Counted from the first letter of the stretch, positions 23,751 through 38,347 are shown. The stretch: DNA of 64,000 nucleotides from Laetmonice hystrix (GCA_965235115.1 OZ249436.1:11780001-11844000); one strand, 5' to 3'. The notes: generated by a model from the letters alone, not told the origin. Numbers and translations: made by a program.

Positions 23751-26700
23751 CTGTTGTAAAGAAAAGAGTGAAAAGGTATTAATATTATTTAGGCTTCTAA
23801 ACAATAACATTTTGCATGCGAAAAATTGTAGGAATTACGAAAAGAAAATACGAAAACAAAATAATCTGTGAGGACGTAAAGTATAATTATGTCCTGTATA
23901 TAGCCCACATACATAGCTTATTGTTTTAGTGTGTCCTAGTCTCTCTTGTACCCGATGTCCTTTTTCTAGTGTAGCTGCTATTTCTCACGTCCACCACCCC
24001 AAGGTTCACATCGTTTCCCAGTATTTACATTATACTATCCGGCCAAACGTACACAAACAGCTGCATTGCGTTTTTCGATTCGTTGAACCCGGCTTTCTGT
24101 GGCGGACGTTGCTGTCCTGGACTCCGTGTTTGCGCAGACAGTGTTAATATAAACATAAACATAAAAATGCTCGCGGAAGAGGCTCACCTAACCTAACATC
24201 TTGCCTTGTATCGTCACATTTCTGAACAAAGACCTATTTACATACACGCAAGCCTTTCCACCCACGCACGCTACCTGTATGTCTGCCTGTCTGTCTCTCG
24301 AGCTTTCTTCCTGATAAATGGCTCAGGTTTCATCCATGCAATAAAACGTAATATTTCACGCAAAATGATTAGGCCTTTATATTCGAGGGGTTGTGTGTCT
24401 TCGTTTACCATCGCCATTTCATGGAAAATCTCATCAAAAGAACACCATGGACGCAGGAATAATGTTTCGTTTGGCCTCGTTTTTTACTTATACCAAAAAT
24501 ATATAGTTTTAACTTAACACGAGGAAACCGCCCGTGAACAGTCTTGACTCCCGGCTGGGGACCTGACGGTTCAGACGGGAAGGTTCTGATTGGGTCCTGC
24601 TGCATCTGTTTGCATATAAACGCTGACCTTTGATGGGTTCAAGGTAGGACAAACCGACAACTACGATGTGGTGGTAATAAATCGTCTGGCTGTCATGTAC
24701 GTGGTGGCGGAGGCTGAATACATGCGGACTTGACGACGTGTTTTGCCGGTGAATGGCAATATCAATAAACCCGAGTCGTGTTATACCGGTGAGACAATGG
24801 CCTCAACCTTAACCTGACTATACGCTTCATCTATAGACATATAAACCTTTCACACCAGTAATTAGGTACCTAATATGGTACCTATTATACATACACATTG
24901 ACATACTTGAGCAGCGGGAACGGTTTTCTATCATTTCTATAGGTTTATTTTGATATACAGTATACTCGACCTCTATAATAAATATACATGGGGGCATGGG
25001 GGCCGGTGTTATAGTATTTACAATACTTACATGAGAAAAGTTAGACTGCATGATCATAACATACTGATCAAGAGAGTCGGGTGACCCAGACTGACAAATC
25101 TCGAGTATAGTGTGCTGTATAGGTGTTATATCAGACTCGGGACTGAGCCAAATTGGTTCTATATATGAGTTGGTCTCTATACCGGGGTGGTATTCAATAA
25201 CCAAGTAAGAACATTTTATTACAGGTGCACAGCTTTCCCAACCAAGACTGTACGGGGTGCATGTACAGGCACATCCACCACGGCTATGTATACGATCGAG
25301 GTCATAAAGTAGGCCTTCAAAGCGTTGAATTCCAGGAACCGTGATGACGCAATACGTTTGAAATATCCATCCGGGTCATATAATCGAGCCTGATGTTGGG
25401 CAACCTTGTCAACTAAAACTAGGTGTTTAATTAGCCCCCCCCCCCCAAAAAAAAAGGAAGACACGCATGCACATATCGAATAAGAAGCTAGATAGATATT
25501 TTCACATACACTCGCATCTCCACGGAAAAAAATCGCACAAAATGATTTTTTTCCTATAAGGACGTCATTTGCTTTCCTGCGGGAATCACATGAACATTGG
25601 GCATTATGGAGCAAGATGGTCTACACATGTCTATAGCCAAGGGTATACGTATACATGTATAGGCCTATGTTTACAAGACGATATCCTCTTTCCAACTGCT
25701 CCTTCTTGAGCAATTCACTCGGTCAACTGAGGTACTGCCTCCGGACTGCGCATGCTGTAAGGGACAATTCCTTCAGTGTCCTCGGCAAATACAGATGGCG
25801 CTCTCCACCTGCATGGTCAGCATTTCCTGCGTTTATTCTGGCGCCAACCACGGTTTCCGAGAAACGATGGCGACGTGGCTTTCCATCACTGCATAATGAA
25901 TGCACGTGGGGGTTTGGTCGGAGGCGGGGGCGGCTTTCTGCATCCTGATTGGCTGTCCCATCGCGCCGTCTCAACCAGCCAATACAGACACACCTCCACC
26001 TCGACCTCAGTCAGTCAATACCCTACTATTCTGGCATTCCATACCCAAACAACCTTGACACAAGGTGCCCTTGGCTGCACTGAACGATGCCAAATAGCAC
26101 TATATAGCTGTGTCGTGTATACACCTGAAATCCATTGGTATAATCGGGGTGAGGCATGCAGGACGGACGCAGGACTGGGCGCGTGCGTGCTTTGTACACG
26201 CATGCCTCCTTCAGCGCATGCACCCCCCCCCCCCTCGAATCTGATTCTGGAGTTACTATACCCCGTAATAAATTACCAAGCAGACAAACTACAGCTGTAT
26301 AGGGGACCTAGTCGCTGAAACTTCATGACGTATTTTTTATCATTATGCTGTTTATATGACCGTATTATTTCGAGGCGTTAATTATACCTCAGTGCCTGGT
26401 TGATCTCTACTGGCAGGCTACCCCTGCGGACGCCCATCATCGCTAGAGAAACATGCACGCCTGCCTGTCTGCTGAACGTGGCGGGGTCATGTAAGGACAC
26501 GCAGGCGCACACAGACTGGCCAAGGATGACACAGCATGCGGCGCTCACGTTTGTGTGCAGTACCTGAAGTAACCCAACTGGGGTTGGGTTGGCAGGCATC
26601 TTCATGCCGAAGAGCATTTCGTCCCTCGTTATTTGTATAGAGTTGTCTCGGTACGTTTCGTTCGTAGTATGATCTAAGTATAGGTATTTCCACTGATCGC

Positions 26701-28148
26701 GGTTCACGATGCCATTGATGATGTTTGGGGTTTTATAACATTTTCTATTCTCCACATTGGTGCATATCCTACAGTACACAATAGTTAAAATTACGTCTTG
26801 TTAGTATTATTTCTTTCATTGCATCTTGTTTCAAAATGCATGGTTATATATGTAGGCCCCGACTGTGTGCATGGCGGTCTCTTCAGTGGCCTCTGTGGCT
26901 GGACGGTGCAGCCTTCCGCTCTCTTCCAAACGTTTATTGTGAGCCATAGGTTTGCACGCAGAATCCCCCACCGAATATCATCACATCAAACTCAGAGGTT
27001 GAATGTTTTACTACCTTCTAACATTACTATATATGTATAAAAAAAAAACTGTAGTTCATCTATTGCAGGAGACAAACAAGTGGAGAATGTTGGCATACAC
27101 AGTATAAGTTAATATAATTATTATGGATTGCATATCGCGCTTTCCCCCGGGATAGGCCTATTATGCGCCTCCGGACATAATATGCTAGGCCTACCGTTCT
27201 CATGTACGATTTGACCGTAAAGTGTTAAATGAACCGTGAATAATAGTTCGTCCATTATGAGCAATATATCACCAGCCTGCTCGTCTATATCGGACCACTT
27301 TAGACGGCTATCACTACGTATACGTTGCACGACCTCTGTTTGCCATCTGGCGGTATTTCAATGTCAGGCACTCAAGGCCACAGCGTATGCAGCCTCTGCC
27401 GGCCAGCAACCCGGCGTCTGGCTTCAACACGGGTCCACGCGGGCACGAGTGGCGCAGTTCAATCAGACGGAGCACATGGTCGCTGTCTGAGCAACCTCAC
27501 CAACCGATCTCCATCCTGTGACTTTACACGAAACGAGATGATGTTTGCCCGATGTCACAATATAGCAGGAGGGTTTGTTCATGTGCCTGGCAGGGACACT
27601 GGTTGTACAAGGCGCCACACTGGCCACGGTCTTGTCAACTCATTGGCTGCGCACACCGTAAACACACAGTACTCAAACCGAGTTGGGAGCCATGCAATTG
27701 TGTGGGTAGAGCCTACACGTAGCACGTTTACATAATGTTGCCTGCCAGATACGTTACCAAAAACTGAAATCGACTTTAGTAATCGATTCAATGGCACAAT
27801 CGGAGACCAAATGTTACCAACCTTTACATCTGGTGCGCTCATATTTATCGTATCCTTGGCTTGACGCTTGATCACTGATGTTCTCTCGGATCTGTACAGA
27901 CGCGATTATTCCTCAGTTCGCGGCAGTCGGGGAGAGATATATAAGCTTCCTGATTGGCACAGACAGTCCACTAAGACCGTGACACTCCGAGTTCACAGCA
28001 ACGTGTTGCCTGACCCCGTACAAGTATATAGGTAGTCTACGCTGTCCGATCAAAGGAAACACTGCAGTTGTCACTATGTCGTCTGTTGTTCCTGGAGAAA
28101 CTGCAAATGTTGGTACAGCAGGCCATGCACACGTAGTTTTAGTGCGCT

Positions 28149-28200
28149 TGCGCATGACGTCAGTGGAGCCTCTTCACGTCTATTGGACGGGAGGTGGGCG
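28149..28200. promoter_or_regulatory. Promoter-like motif cluster (full CRE, inverted CCAAT, GC box)
   Basis: TGACGTCA at 28155-28162 preceded by TGCGCA, then ATTGG and GGGCGG within 50 bp. Target gene unknown; it could be a GLUT upstream promoter. Confidence 0.3.
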
Positions 28201-28391
28201 GTGCCTGCCACTCCCCCGACCATCCCTCCACCATCCCATGCGCGCCACGATCAAAGGCAACTAGGCCTATTGATGGGCCCAGACCTGGTATGGATCTAGT
28301 CGGCGCTTTCCTGAGTCCATATAGATCTAAGTAGGCCTAATAGAGAAACGTACGAAAAGCAGCACAAGCCTACGGCGTCCAGCCTGATGGG

Positions 28392-28393
<2 letters not shown>

Positions 28394-28446
<53 letters not shown>

Positions 28447-28490
28447 ACACACACAGAGAGACACAGAGAGACACATAGAGACACAGACAG
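28394..28490. repeat. (GA)n microsatellite (~25 units) grading into CA/GA mixed repeats
   Basis: Direct reading. Confidence 0.97.
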
Positions 28491-29871
28491 TTATATTTTT
28501 TCAATTAGGCCTATGTAGCCCAAACAATGGAAAGCACAATCTGTGAAGTTACATGTAAAATTCCCTTGAATAATGGCGGAAGTACGGTCTCTTAAAGACC
28601 TCTTGGACATGGACGACTATAGGATTCGAGACATTTCGTGTGGCATTTTAAAAACGTGATTACCTAAAAGATAAGCTCTATCCATCTTTATTTGAGAATG
28701 CACCCCTGTTTGCCTGTATGTCTGGGTACCATTTGGATGACGAAAAACAGGCCCAAACCATCTTCACCCGAATTCCCGGCTCTAATTTTCACAACAATAT
28801 CCCCTTTTAAAGAGCGGACATACAACGCACGCACCGAACCTTTAACTATATCACCTCATTTCACACCATCAATGAACATATTGCCGGTCATCAGCGTTCT
28901 ACCTGAACGGCTCACTGATTGCCGATGACAAGCAAAAGCACAGAAGAATCAGAGCCCTGTTGGTGTCCATTTGCCTGAGGCAATTTGTATAGTTGCTGGC
29001 CCTGGTTAGTCATATAAGTTACTTGGTCAGAATCGCACAGATCGCTGCATTAGCCTATGTGGATATGGAATCGTCTTGTCGCTGACTTGTAAATTCAAAA
29101 ATTTCTCACCTTTTAACGCATTTTAAGTCATTTTCAAGAAATGATAGGCTAAAGGTGATCTCTTCCTTTTAATGGATGACGAGATCATACAAAAATTTAC
29201 AAAGATATAATGATAATTCCAAAAGATAATAGGGTTCTCAATAAAACAAAGTGATGGCCGCAAAGGTTTAGGCCTATTGGGACAGATTTAGTCCTCACGT
29301 GAACTGAATAACTGCAAAAAGATAGTGGTTTAATTCTCACGTACATTTTCCCAAAGGACCACGTCCTGCATGGCCCTCAAGGATTGGCTCATGTAAGAAA
29401 TCCGGGCGGGCATAGCACTCTTCACGCCGACAGACAGGAAACATTGGGTCGCGAGTGTTTACTTATGTCTTCAAAGAGCAGAGGGCAGGACAAGTTTTAT
29501 GTTTCAAGAGTTTATCTCACACGTGCACCCTATAGATGGGATAGGCTTTCCTGCGTCGCGTACGTTCTATATAATGTCGCCTAAACTTGAAACTCTGATC
29601 CTTGATATACAGGACCGAAGTTCGCCCACTCAAAGTATATAGGCTTGACTGAGTGTCGTCCCAGTTGCCAGCAGACAGGGGCTGACATCGCCGGTCGTTA
29701 AAAAGCTTTAAAACTATCGAATGCGAACTCACCGCCGTGGACAATTCGTCTGCTCACTTATTCGTTTTTTTGCTCGTTTTTTTTTTTATCCCGTATATTT
29801 AATAAATTAGACGTTTGAAAATGCGAACCGAGCAGTTTGATTTCCGTTGCCTGCAATGTTGTTAGTCCTAA

Positions 29872-30005
29872 TGCGCATGCGCACTGAAGTTCAGTAGGGG
29901 AGCATATCATCACATAGGGAGCCAAGTATTCCTCCATTATGGCCCGAGATCCAGGCCCCCTTCTTAGATAATAGCTGCTCCCTTTGTTTATTTAAAATGG
30001 CGGCC
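29872..30005 (+). promoter_or_regulatory. NRF1-like palindrome and YY1-like motif
   Basis: TGCGCATGCGCA at 29872-29883 and AAAATGGCGGC near 29995-30005. No downstream gene identified; may be repeat-derived. Confidence 0.25.
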
Positions 30006-31255
30006 GGCCGTGACGATGTCGAAGTGCCTGCTTCGTTTGAAAAATCACCTGAATCTGCTTTGTAGAAGGCCTTAAGCTAAATTCATTGCACTCAATGGCT
30101 GAAGGTACAGGCAAAACTTCATTTGAAATGATTGGTTATGTGCATGCGACAAAGCCTCTCATTCCGCGACAGTTTCAAAATCTCTCATGGGCATAGCTTT
30201 GGCTATAGGGGCAATATTAACATTTGGATACAAGGACAGAAATGGCCTTTAATTTCTGTAGAAATAATAGAACACGTCATCTATTATATTAGCCTAGCCA
30301 AAATATTCCAAATAATCGGTTCAGAAACTCTCGCACCAATTTAGGCCTATTCCCAATTAGAGACGGCCAAAAAATGATCATCAGACTATTCAACTCAAAA
30401 CACGATGGCTTCAGTGTTGGCCTGTTTATTGGCTTGTTTACAGCGTCATTGACCTCCATGACGTAGGTGGCATTTAACCTACAGCTATGCTCTCTCGTAT
30501 AGCAAATTGAGATCACGAGTTGGTCCTGAATTAATACTAGAAGTGCTGACGTGCATTTAATAAGGGCGCTATTAATCTGGTAAAATTAGGTTTATAGGAA
30601 GCATCATAATTATTATCCCACATTGTGCCAGTCCAGGGTCGCGCAAGTGGAGGTTGGGTGGGGCGACGCCGAGCCATTATAATAAAAACCTAGGCTAAGC
30701 CCCAAAGGTCCGACTCATCACCTATACTCGATTTGGCCAACATATCACAGATATTTCTCAAAGTCATGACTTCGATGAATAAAAAGTAACATGATCCATG
30801 AGTGCATTGACCAATCAGGATAAAATAGACCATTAATTTTGAAAAAAGAGTCTCTATAACTTATGTGAAGCTCGCAAATGTTAGCCTCTAACATAGGCCG
30901 TGTGTATACACGGCCTATCGTCTAGCGAACGGGCTGAGAACGAACGTTCTAGCGCAGAATGAATGTGCGCTAGCGCACCTCTTCCATCACTTCAAATAAA
31001 AGATTGCCTTTACCTTCAGCTACTGAGCCTAATGAACTTACTTGGTGTTCCTCTAAGCAACAGATTCGGCCAATTTTCCAAACCAAGCGACCACTTTCCA
31101 TAGTCTTACAACCGGCGCCATTTCTGTAAACCCACATCCGGGGTCAAACTCACGAAGGGAGCAGTCATTTCAGACGGTTGGCTATTAGTTTGGCGCCATA
31201 ATGGAGGAATTGCTGTTTGGTCTAGAATAACGAATGCTCCCCTGCTGGTCGCCAG

Positions 31256-31910
31256 GGGCCCGTCTTACTAAAGTAGATCCCGGGGATAATCCCCGGGATT
31301 GTCCCCAGTTTGGGGACATCGCCACTCTGAGGCGTCTTACTAAGAATGTCCCTCCCGGGGACATCCCCAAATCGGGGATTTTGGTGGGGACTGCTACTGA
31401 GTAGTCCCCGCCAAATCCCCGATAAGAAAACGTTAATTAGAGGTATATCTCTAAGTAAATAAGAGCTAAAATGTGTCTAACCGTAAAGTAGAGATCTTGC
31501 CTTCTCTGCCCACTGCCACGAACACAACGTTTGTGTTTACAGAGAGCGCTACGTGACGTCCAAACAAACCATTGTCTGACGTCAAAATAGACAGTGATTC
31601 TAGCTGACACAGTGAATGGGCATAGCGGACGTCTAAAATAACGTGTTTTGGAATGTTAGTTTATCATAATCAAACAACATAAGTTGAGCTCATGATTTTA
31701 GTTACATAGATTGTAAAAGGTAAGAATGCAAAATGCACTACAAAAGGTGTTAAAACAGCGTGTTTTAAGTTTCTTTGCTGGGCGAATTATCATCAGCATA
31801 AGCGGCAATCGGCGACATGTTAGTAAGACGGGCACTGAGGGAAGTCGCCGGGATGTCCCCAGATTGGGGATGTCGCCAGCTGGGGACAAAATTCTTAGTA
31901 AGACGGGCCC
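31256..31910. mobile_element. PIF/Harbinger-like non-autonomous element with a 3-bp CAG target-site duplication
   Basis: CAG|GGGCCCGTCTTACTAA ... TTAGTAAGACGGGCCC|CAG; subterminal repeats TCCCC(A/G)(G/A)(T/A)TTGGGGA. Confidence 0.78.
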
Positions 31911-34524
31911 CAGTGTGCATGTTTTGAACATGCGCAGTAGAACAAACAGTATTGCGGCTAACGGCAGAGAACCAGCGCGATTCGGAGTTTCGAAAGTCTG
32001 ATTTATTAAAACTTTGGGCAAAAATCCTCGGAAAAGTGTGCAGCAGAGGAACAGAAGATGGGCTGCGTTAGAATTGACACCTCAACTGGCAGTAGTTACG
32101 ATGGATTTTGCACAGCGAGTGATTGACATAGGAGGTAGGGTTTTTCGCGTTAACGCTGTCCGTCCCTACACTGGGGACGATACTCCGTCTAGCAAATGTG
32201 ACAGGTTCACAAAATGGTTGTGCATTTTTTGGGGGGATACCCTATACCCTCATATTTATGTGTTTTATGAATGCCGACTTTAGAATTGTGTGCTATAGTT
32301 TACTTTTATTTTATCACCCTATATGGCTAGTTGCATGGGCTGCCAGAAAGAAATAGGCCTAGACCTACACTGAGAAAGTTACGGCACGCCACTCAGTAGT
32401 TTTTTTTGTTTGAATTCGATGACTGTAAAGGCAGCAGTTAATAACAGATGTTCACGATCGACGCTGACGGCCTTCACTGGTATGCAGCTGTGACTCCATT
32501 TTTTACGAGCGACTTTTTTCCGGTTTTGGTTCCAGTGATTTCAGGGTTGGAAATGCGACTTTGACCACCCTTCCCTGTACATTGCATAGGATGAGGGTTG
32601 GGTTATACGCTATACTCTGCCCTTCCTGACCGCACCATCCGGTTCCACAGTTTCGAAGGGTGTGCCTACTATAAGGAATCATAACCCTATAATGACTGTA
32701 AAAATCTATTGCCTCTCCCGCACCCCCCCCCCCCCCAATCGTGCTGAGGCTAATATAGTATTATCCTCTACAATGATTTACAAAAGGTCTTTATACACAA
32801 ATATATACGGCACCAAGTGAAATAGGCTATAGATCCTATACACAAGTATATTAGGACCTGAGGAGTGGACGATACGTTTACATACCCCCCCCCCCCCCCC
32901 CACTACCCCCACCACCAAGCGGGTTCCTTGTTTTAGTGCTCTTGCACTGAGCGGGGAAAACGCTGGCTCCTTTGCAGGCCGATCTATAATGGCACGTCCA
33001 GCATGAGTTGTGCCAGGTAATCGAAATCTGGCAGCACCAACACTTGGGTGTAGTTGCATAGTTTGGAACCGTCTGACATTTACTGCAATGGGAGGGAGGG
33101 ACGGAAGACGGCTGCTGCACCCTCCCCACTCCGCTCCTCGGTATGCTCACCATATTGTGGTGTGCTTTATAAGAGAGGGCGGGTCAGTTAATTAAAGAGA
33201 ATTTGACCTTGGTAAGAGCAGCAGTGGCCGTATACTTTACTCCACATCGGACACCCAAACAGAGGGGGTTGGGCGGGGGGGGGGGGGCGCTCCGTATAAA
33301 TACGCGAGTGACCCCACGTAGCCCTACTCTGCGCTATAAACATCTACACTCAGGCATCGATTGACGGCAGCTGTTGTAGTAGGCTATAACCATTTTTTCC
33401 GATGTTTCCATCTCTTTTCCCTTCGATGGGGAGGAACGCGTATATTATTAATCATTCTCGAGTCTTGATATTAAAATATAGGTCTTGTGGCCAAGTTTAG
33501 TTCCGATGTCCTCATCAGACGACACGTTGCACACTTTTTCTTAACGAATATCATTTTAAGGTATGAAAGTCTTTAAAAAAAATGGGCCTAAAATATATGG
33601 AGAGAATAGAGAAAGGTATGAGAACCTGCTTCGAACATCAATTACGGGATTTAGGGTTGGTACCAAAGCCATTCCAGCTGCTGGAATAATTATTGTCTTC
33701 CTTAATTACATTACGTGTCCTTGATCACGTTTGAAGTTCGGTGATAACGATAGATTAGGCCCATTAATAGGTCGGGTTGATCCTTCTGTGAAGCGGTTCG
33801 CAAGCATACCATGGTGCACCAAGCATGGCATTGACGTCAGAGATACTTGAGTAGGGTTTTCAATACGGATGACATTGACGCCCGACAGTTCCATGAAACG
33901 CGAGTTTACATAGAGCCAATTTTTACCCGCTGTACCACCGAGTGTAGCAACCAAGGACACAAAGTCCTGTGGACAAGGTCAGCTATGGCACGCCGGGGGG
34001 ACGAATAACATCAATAATGTAGTGTGTCGTGGAGAAGGCTGGTTCTTGGTAATAGTAGATCACAGCTGGTTGTATCAGTTTCCGACTGGGCCTGTTCACC
34101 TGGATCCGCGTCTGACGCTCCGAGTCATGTATAGGCTAGGCCTGATCGGGATATCCGCACTAGTGTCTAGTTCTGGGCGAGACTTTTTTCCATGTATGAG
34201 TGGAATCGTCACCCTCCGAAGCCCGCTCCGCCCAAACACTCATGTTTCAGAATAAAAACATCAATACATGTACCTGTTGTAAATTATGACCATTCTCTTT
34301 AATTCCACGCTAGTAGACCTATACGACATTCAACTCTCACCCCCGGCCTCCAGAGTACACACAAAATATCTCAGGCACACACACACACACACCCACCCAT
34401 GCACATACATCCTCCGCACACAGAAACATGACTTGTTCCATTAAAAGTTAGATCTTTGAGCGCTCAGTTGACATTTCCTATTGGTATCGTCTCTAGTCCA
34501 ATCAGTGAAGGTCTGTGGAAATAC

Positions 34525-34833
34525 CAGGTCCTGATACCGGGCGGGCCAGGCCCTGATACTGGGAGGGTCAGGCCCTGATAGCGGGCGGGTTAGGTCCTGA
34601 TACCGGGCGGGTTAGGTCCTGATAGCGGGCGGGTTAGGTCCTGATACCGGGCGGGTTAGGTCCTGATACCGGGCGGGTCAGGCCCTGATACCGGGCGGGT
34701 GAGGCCCTGATACCGGGCGGGCCAGGACCTGATACCGGGCGGGTCATGTCCTGATACCGGGCAGGTCAGGCTCTGATACCGGGCGGGCCATGCCCTGATA
34801 CCGGGCGGGTCATGTCCTGATAGCCAGCGGGTC
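34525..34833. repeat. 22-bp GC-rich minisatellite, about 14 copies, overlapping the FASTKD5 stop codon and 3'UTR
   Basis: Unit CTGATACCGGGCGGGTCAGG(C/T)C; period 22 (34531, 34553, 34575...). Confidence 0.93.
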
Positions 34834-37800
34834 AATTATCAGGCTCTGTACCAAACGGCGTCGCTCGTCAAGGTCTGCGTTGTGAAGAGCTCTGGCGTCC
34901 GCGGGGTTGACCTAAACATGAAAGAATACAAATGTGCATATAGAAACATTTTGTGCATCCGGTGTTTGATAGTTCCATTCATACATTTTCTGTGCGAATA
35001 CACATCAAATCGCCACCAATAAAAAGAAAATTGCTAGCATACATAGCTCCACCTACCGCCAGAATTTCGTATCCTAGATTAGAAAGTATACGTAGCTCCA
35101 TCTGGTGTACACCAAGAAGACTAGAGTCATTGCGCCTGTACTGATTTTCACTCAGTATTTTGACTGTTATCCTGTGACAGGCAATAAATAGTATCACTGT
35201 ATCAATATGGCTGATTCATAACATCTCAAAAATATCACTATAGCTGAAGTCTCTTGGATTATACGAGAATGGTTCTTTTCATGAACAGACTTAGGTGTTT
35301 TCATGCTCCGCCCCCTCCCCCAACCATCACACAACCCATTTAAAAAAACACACACAAGAAACGCCTACTTTCTAGGACCTTCACTTTGCTGTGGCTTTAG
35401 ATGAATGCTGTCAGCGACTATGCTGCAAGAACAAAATAATACGATAATAAGATTTCATGTCATACAGTTAAGAACTCATAATATCCAGTGTGTAAACAAG
35501 ACAAATCAGGCGAGATCCTTGATGCATAAATCAACACATGCGTAGTTTAGTAAACTTTTGTAGATGGTCACAGGTGTCCCACTCTGGTCTCTCTTCTACA
35601 CTTACTTTGTTGTTTCCTTATCCCTTATATCCCATTGACAATAAATAAAACCATAAAAGCTACCACTTCTACGCAGTAATAAATATTGCCCTTCTCTTGG
35701 ACCATTTGATGGGGCTTATCACTAGCAGAGCTTAAAGAGATAATCATAAGCCTTTGGTCATTAACCAACTGGGGATTATAACAGATGTCTGATATACTGC
35801 ATATAATGTACTCGTAATCTAACCAACTCACCGTGGTGACTTCGCCTGTTCTTTAAGTAAAGCAGCCAACACACCGCCTTCCTGACCATCTGCCTTACTG
35901 TAGTTCTCTACCCTCCTTTCCTTGTTAAAGCGTTCGTCCAGTGATGACCTGAGGTATTTCTCATGGTTACTCCATGTGTTCAGTTCCACCTCCAGGGGCT
36001 GGCCATCTACACCGAGATGAATCTCCAGATCTAAGAAAGAGAAACCAGAAACTGATACAACCAGTGAGAAAAAGGACTTGAAGACTGAGAACCTGAATTA
36101 ACAAATCGATATATGTATTAAAGACAATGAGTAGTATGGTGATAAGTCTTGCTACGTAAACTTGATTTTTCAGATCGGTCCTTCGGAGGCGTGCTAAATA
36201 TGATTTTCTTACCAGGTAAGAAGGAGAAGTTTAAAATGTAGTGACATTTAACTTTGGACCGTCCTAAAAGTTCTTGTAGACACAGCCATGTTGCAGCCAG
36301 GCCAGTGCGAGTATGGAGAGCCAGTCCACGACTGTTTTCCTTTCCCTCCATTAGTTTTTCCACCACCTCCTTCAAACAATTAGGAAATTTACAATTTTTA
36401 AGAGAAGACTCATTCATACAGAAAACGCCTATTCAATGTTCATCTAAACTCCTTTACAGTAAGGTAATATTTCACCCTCAACCACAGATTGACTTTGATT
36501 TAAATTACGAAAAACCTTTTCTTTGCATACTGTTTGATCATAATTTTAGGTTTTATTTTTTTATTATACCTGTGGAAGTCTAGCGCCATCATAGTCCTCA
36601 ACTTCGATGCTCACAGCCTGGTCGATCAGCAACAGCTGGTGGTTTTGTTCTAGCAATCGACCTGTTTTAAAACCCAATTCCGAATATTTTTTACCAGAAA
36701 AGATACAACCCTGCCACTTTTAAAAGCCTCACTCTCTTTGAAAAATTTTCCTTTTCGGGTGGCTGTAAACAAATCCACGTTTCTAAATGCAGATATTTTC
36801 AATACATAACTACGTGTAATACGAAATTAGGTTTCGCTTTTGTAGTCATTCTTCAGACGAGATATTCTTTTACATTCTTTATGGTGATACTTCAAATTCT
36901 TACCCATTTTAAATTTCACAAAGGCAGGTGATAGAATGTTGCTGATCTGTGCTGGAAGATATGTTTCACCCATTGCTAGAGCACACAGGGCCTCTATGTA
37001 TATTTCAGGATATATCATCTCAAGACATTGATCGCTGCACAACTGTCTAATCAGCTCATTCCGCAAGTTGGCTGGGACAGGTTCTTGGAGCATTTCGTAA
37101 CTCCACACAATCCTGGACAGGTCCTTGAGCCGCACATTGCTCCATCTCTGACTTGAAAACAACTCCACTACACGCTTTGCCACAGCTTCAAAAAGACGTT
37201 TATGACACTGTCTCTGTGAGGCATATGCACTACAAATGTTGGCAAAGTTTGATAGACTCCTATCCGATAACAAAACGTCAGTTTTACACAGAAGGTCACC
37301 AAGTGATTTATAGAAGGTATTTCCATTAAACCCAGAATGCCTCATAACTTTGAGGACATTACAAATTTGGTATAGAGCCATGTTCTGGACATCTCGCAAT
37401 ACTATGTTGGACAAGTGTTGCTGGAGAGCATAGTTTTTCATTGAACAGTTACTAGCAAAAAATGCATGGGTTATAAGTCCTACTTCTGCTCCCGACAGAC
37501 TTTCAGCATGAGATAAAAGGAAGTCTTCTATTTTGGTGTAGATTTCTGCAGGAGCATTTCTATAAATGCCAATGTAGAACAAAAGCTGGAGAACTATGGG
37601 TACACTGAGTGTAGTGCTGTTCCAGCTTGCTGTCACTTGCCCTAGAAGGGCCTTGAGATAGCGTTCTGCCTGGTATCCAACACTGTAAAATATGTCAGCC
37701 ACCAACATTTGATCTGTTCTACTAAGTTGTTTCAGCATTAACAAACAGATTTCCTCTAAAAACTGTACATCATACATGTTGGCCCTAAGGTCTTCACCTG

Positions 37801-38239
37801 TATGGCCAAACTCTATCATAGCTGCTCTTACATCACCGGGGCTCAGAGACTTCACCATCTGCCATCCTTCTTCATTTTGAGGTTTGCTCTTTAGTCTTTC
37901 TAGGATTTGTTGTCCTTGACCCGATTCTGGGTTAGGAGTGATCTTATCAAACAAAGTTTCTTGAAACTCTGGCATTCTCAAAGCATCATTTCTGAGCCTC
38001 TCTCGCACAGCTGCAGGAATATTCCACGATCTTGGCCGTACAGACCCCTGCATCTGTCCTGGCATTGATTTTATTTGGACTTTTCTTGAATTCTTCATGG
38101 TGAGGCGCTCACGAGTTGCACTCTCAGCATATGTTTGTGAAACATAGGAGCCGTGTGTGAAACATCTAGGCCTACTTGTGACACCATGTCTCAGGCTGAC
38201 TCGGCCTATCGCTTGAAGAATCTTCTGTATTGAAAGCAT
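34810..38239 (-). CDS. FASTKD5: FAST kinase domain-containing protein 5-like mitochondrial RNA-binding protein, 666 aa, with C-terminal RAP domain
   Basis: Exons 36904-38239, 36570-36661, 36213-36369, 35832-36030, 35057-35171, 34810-34911 (2001 nt, phase-compatible). Arg-rich N-terminal presequence, helical repeats, LLLIDQAVSIEVEDYDGARLP, LLGRSKVKCHYILNFSFLPDLEIHLGVDGQPL and the RAP-like ILSENQYRRNDSSLLGVHQMELRILSNLGYEILAV. Confidence 0.82.
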
Positions 38240-38347
38240 ACTGTTATCTTGGCTTCAGGCCCTACCTATGAGAAAGAGAAAAAATTGTAGGGTTACTACA
38301 GCACTGGTATTTCAGATAAGCACTCCTGCAAGATGTATACCCTATTT

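Noticed and set aside
24827-27875. Several 100-136-aa ORFs (24827-25204, 25219-25614, 26378-26779, 27325-27735, 27579-27875)
   Set aside because: No recognisable motifs and no consistent exon chain; probably chance ORFs in the GLUT upstream or intronic region.
36420-36530. Alternative FASTKD5 exon VCKEKVFRNLNQSQSVVE
   Set aside because: It runs into stops in all frames; exon 36570-36661 fits both phase and the family motif instead.
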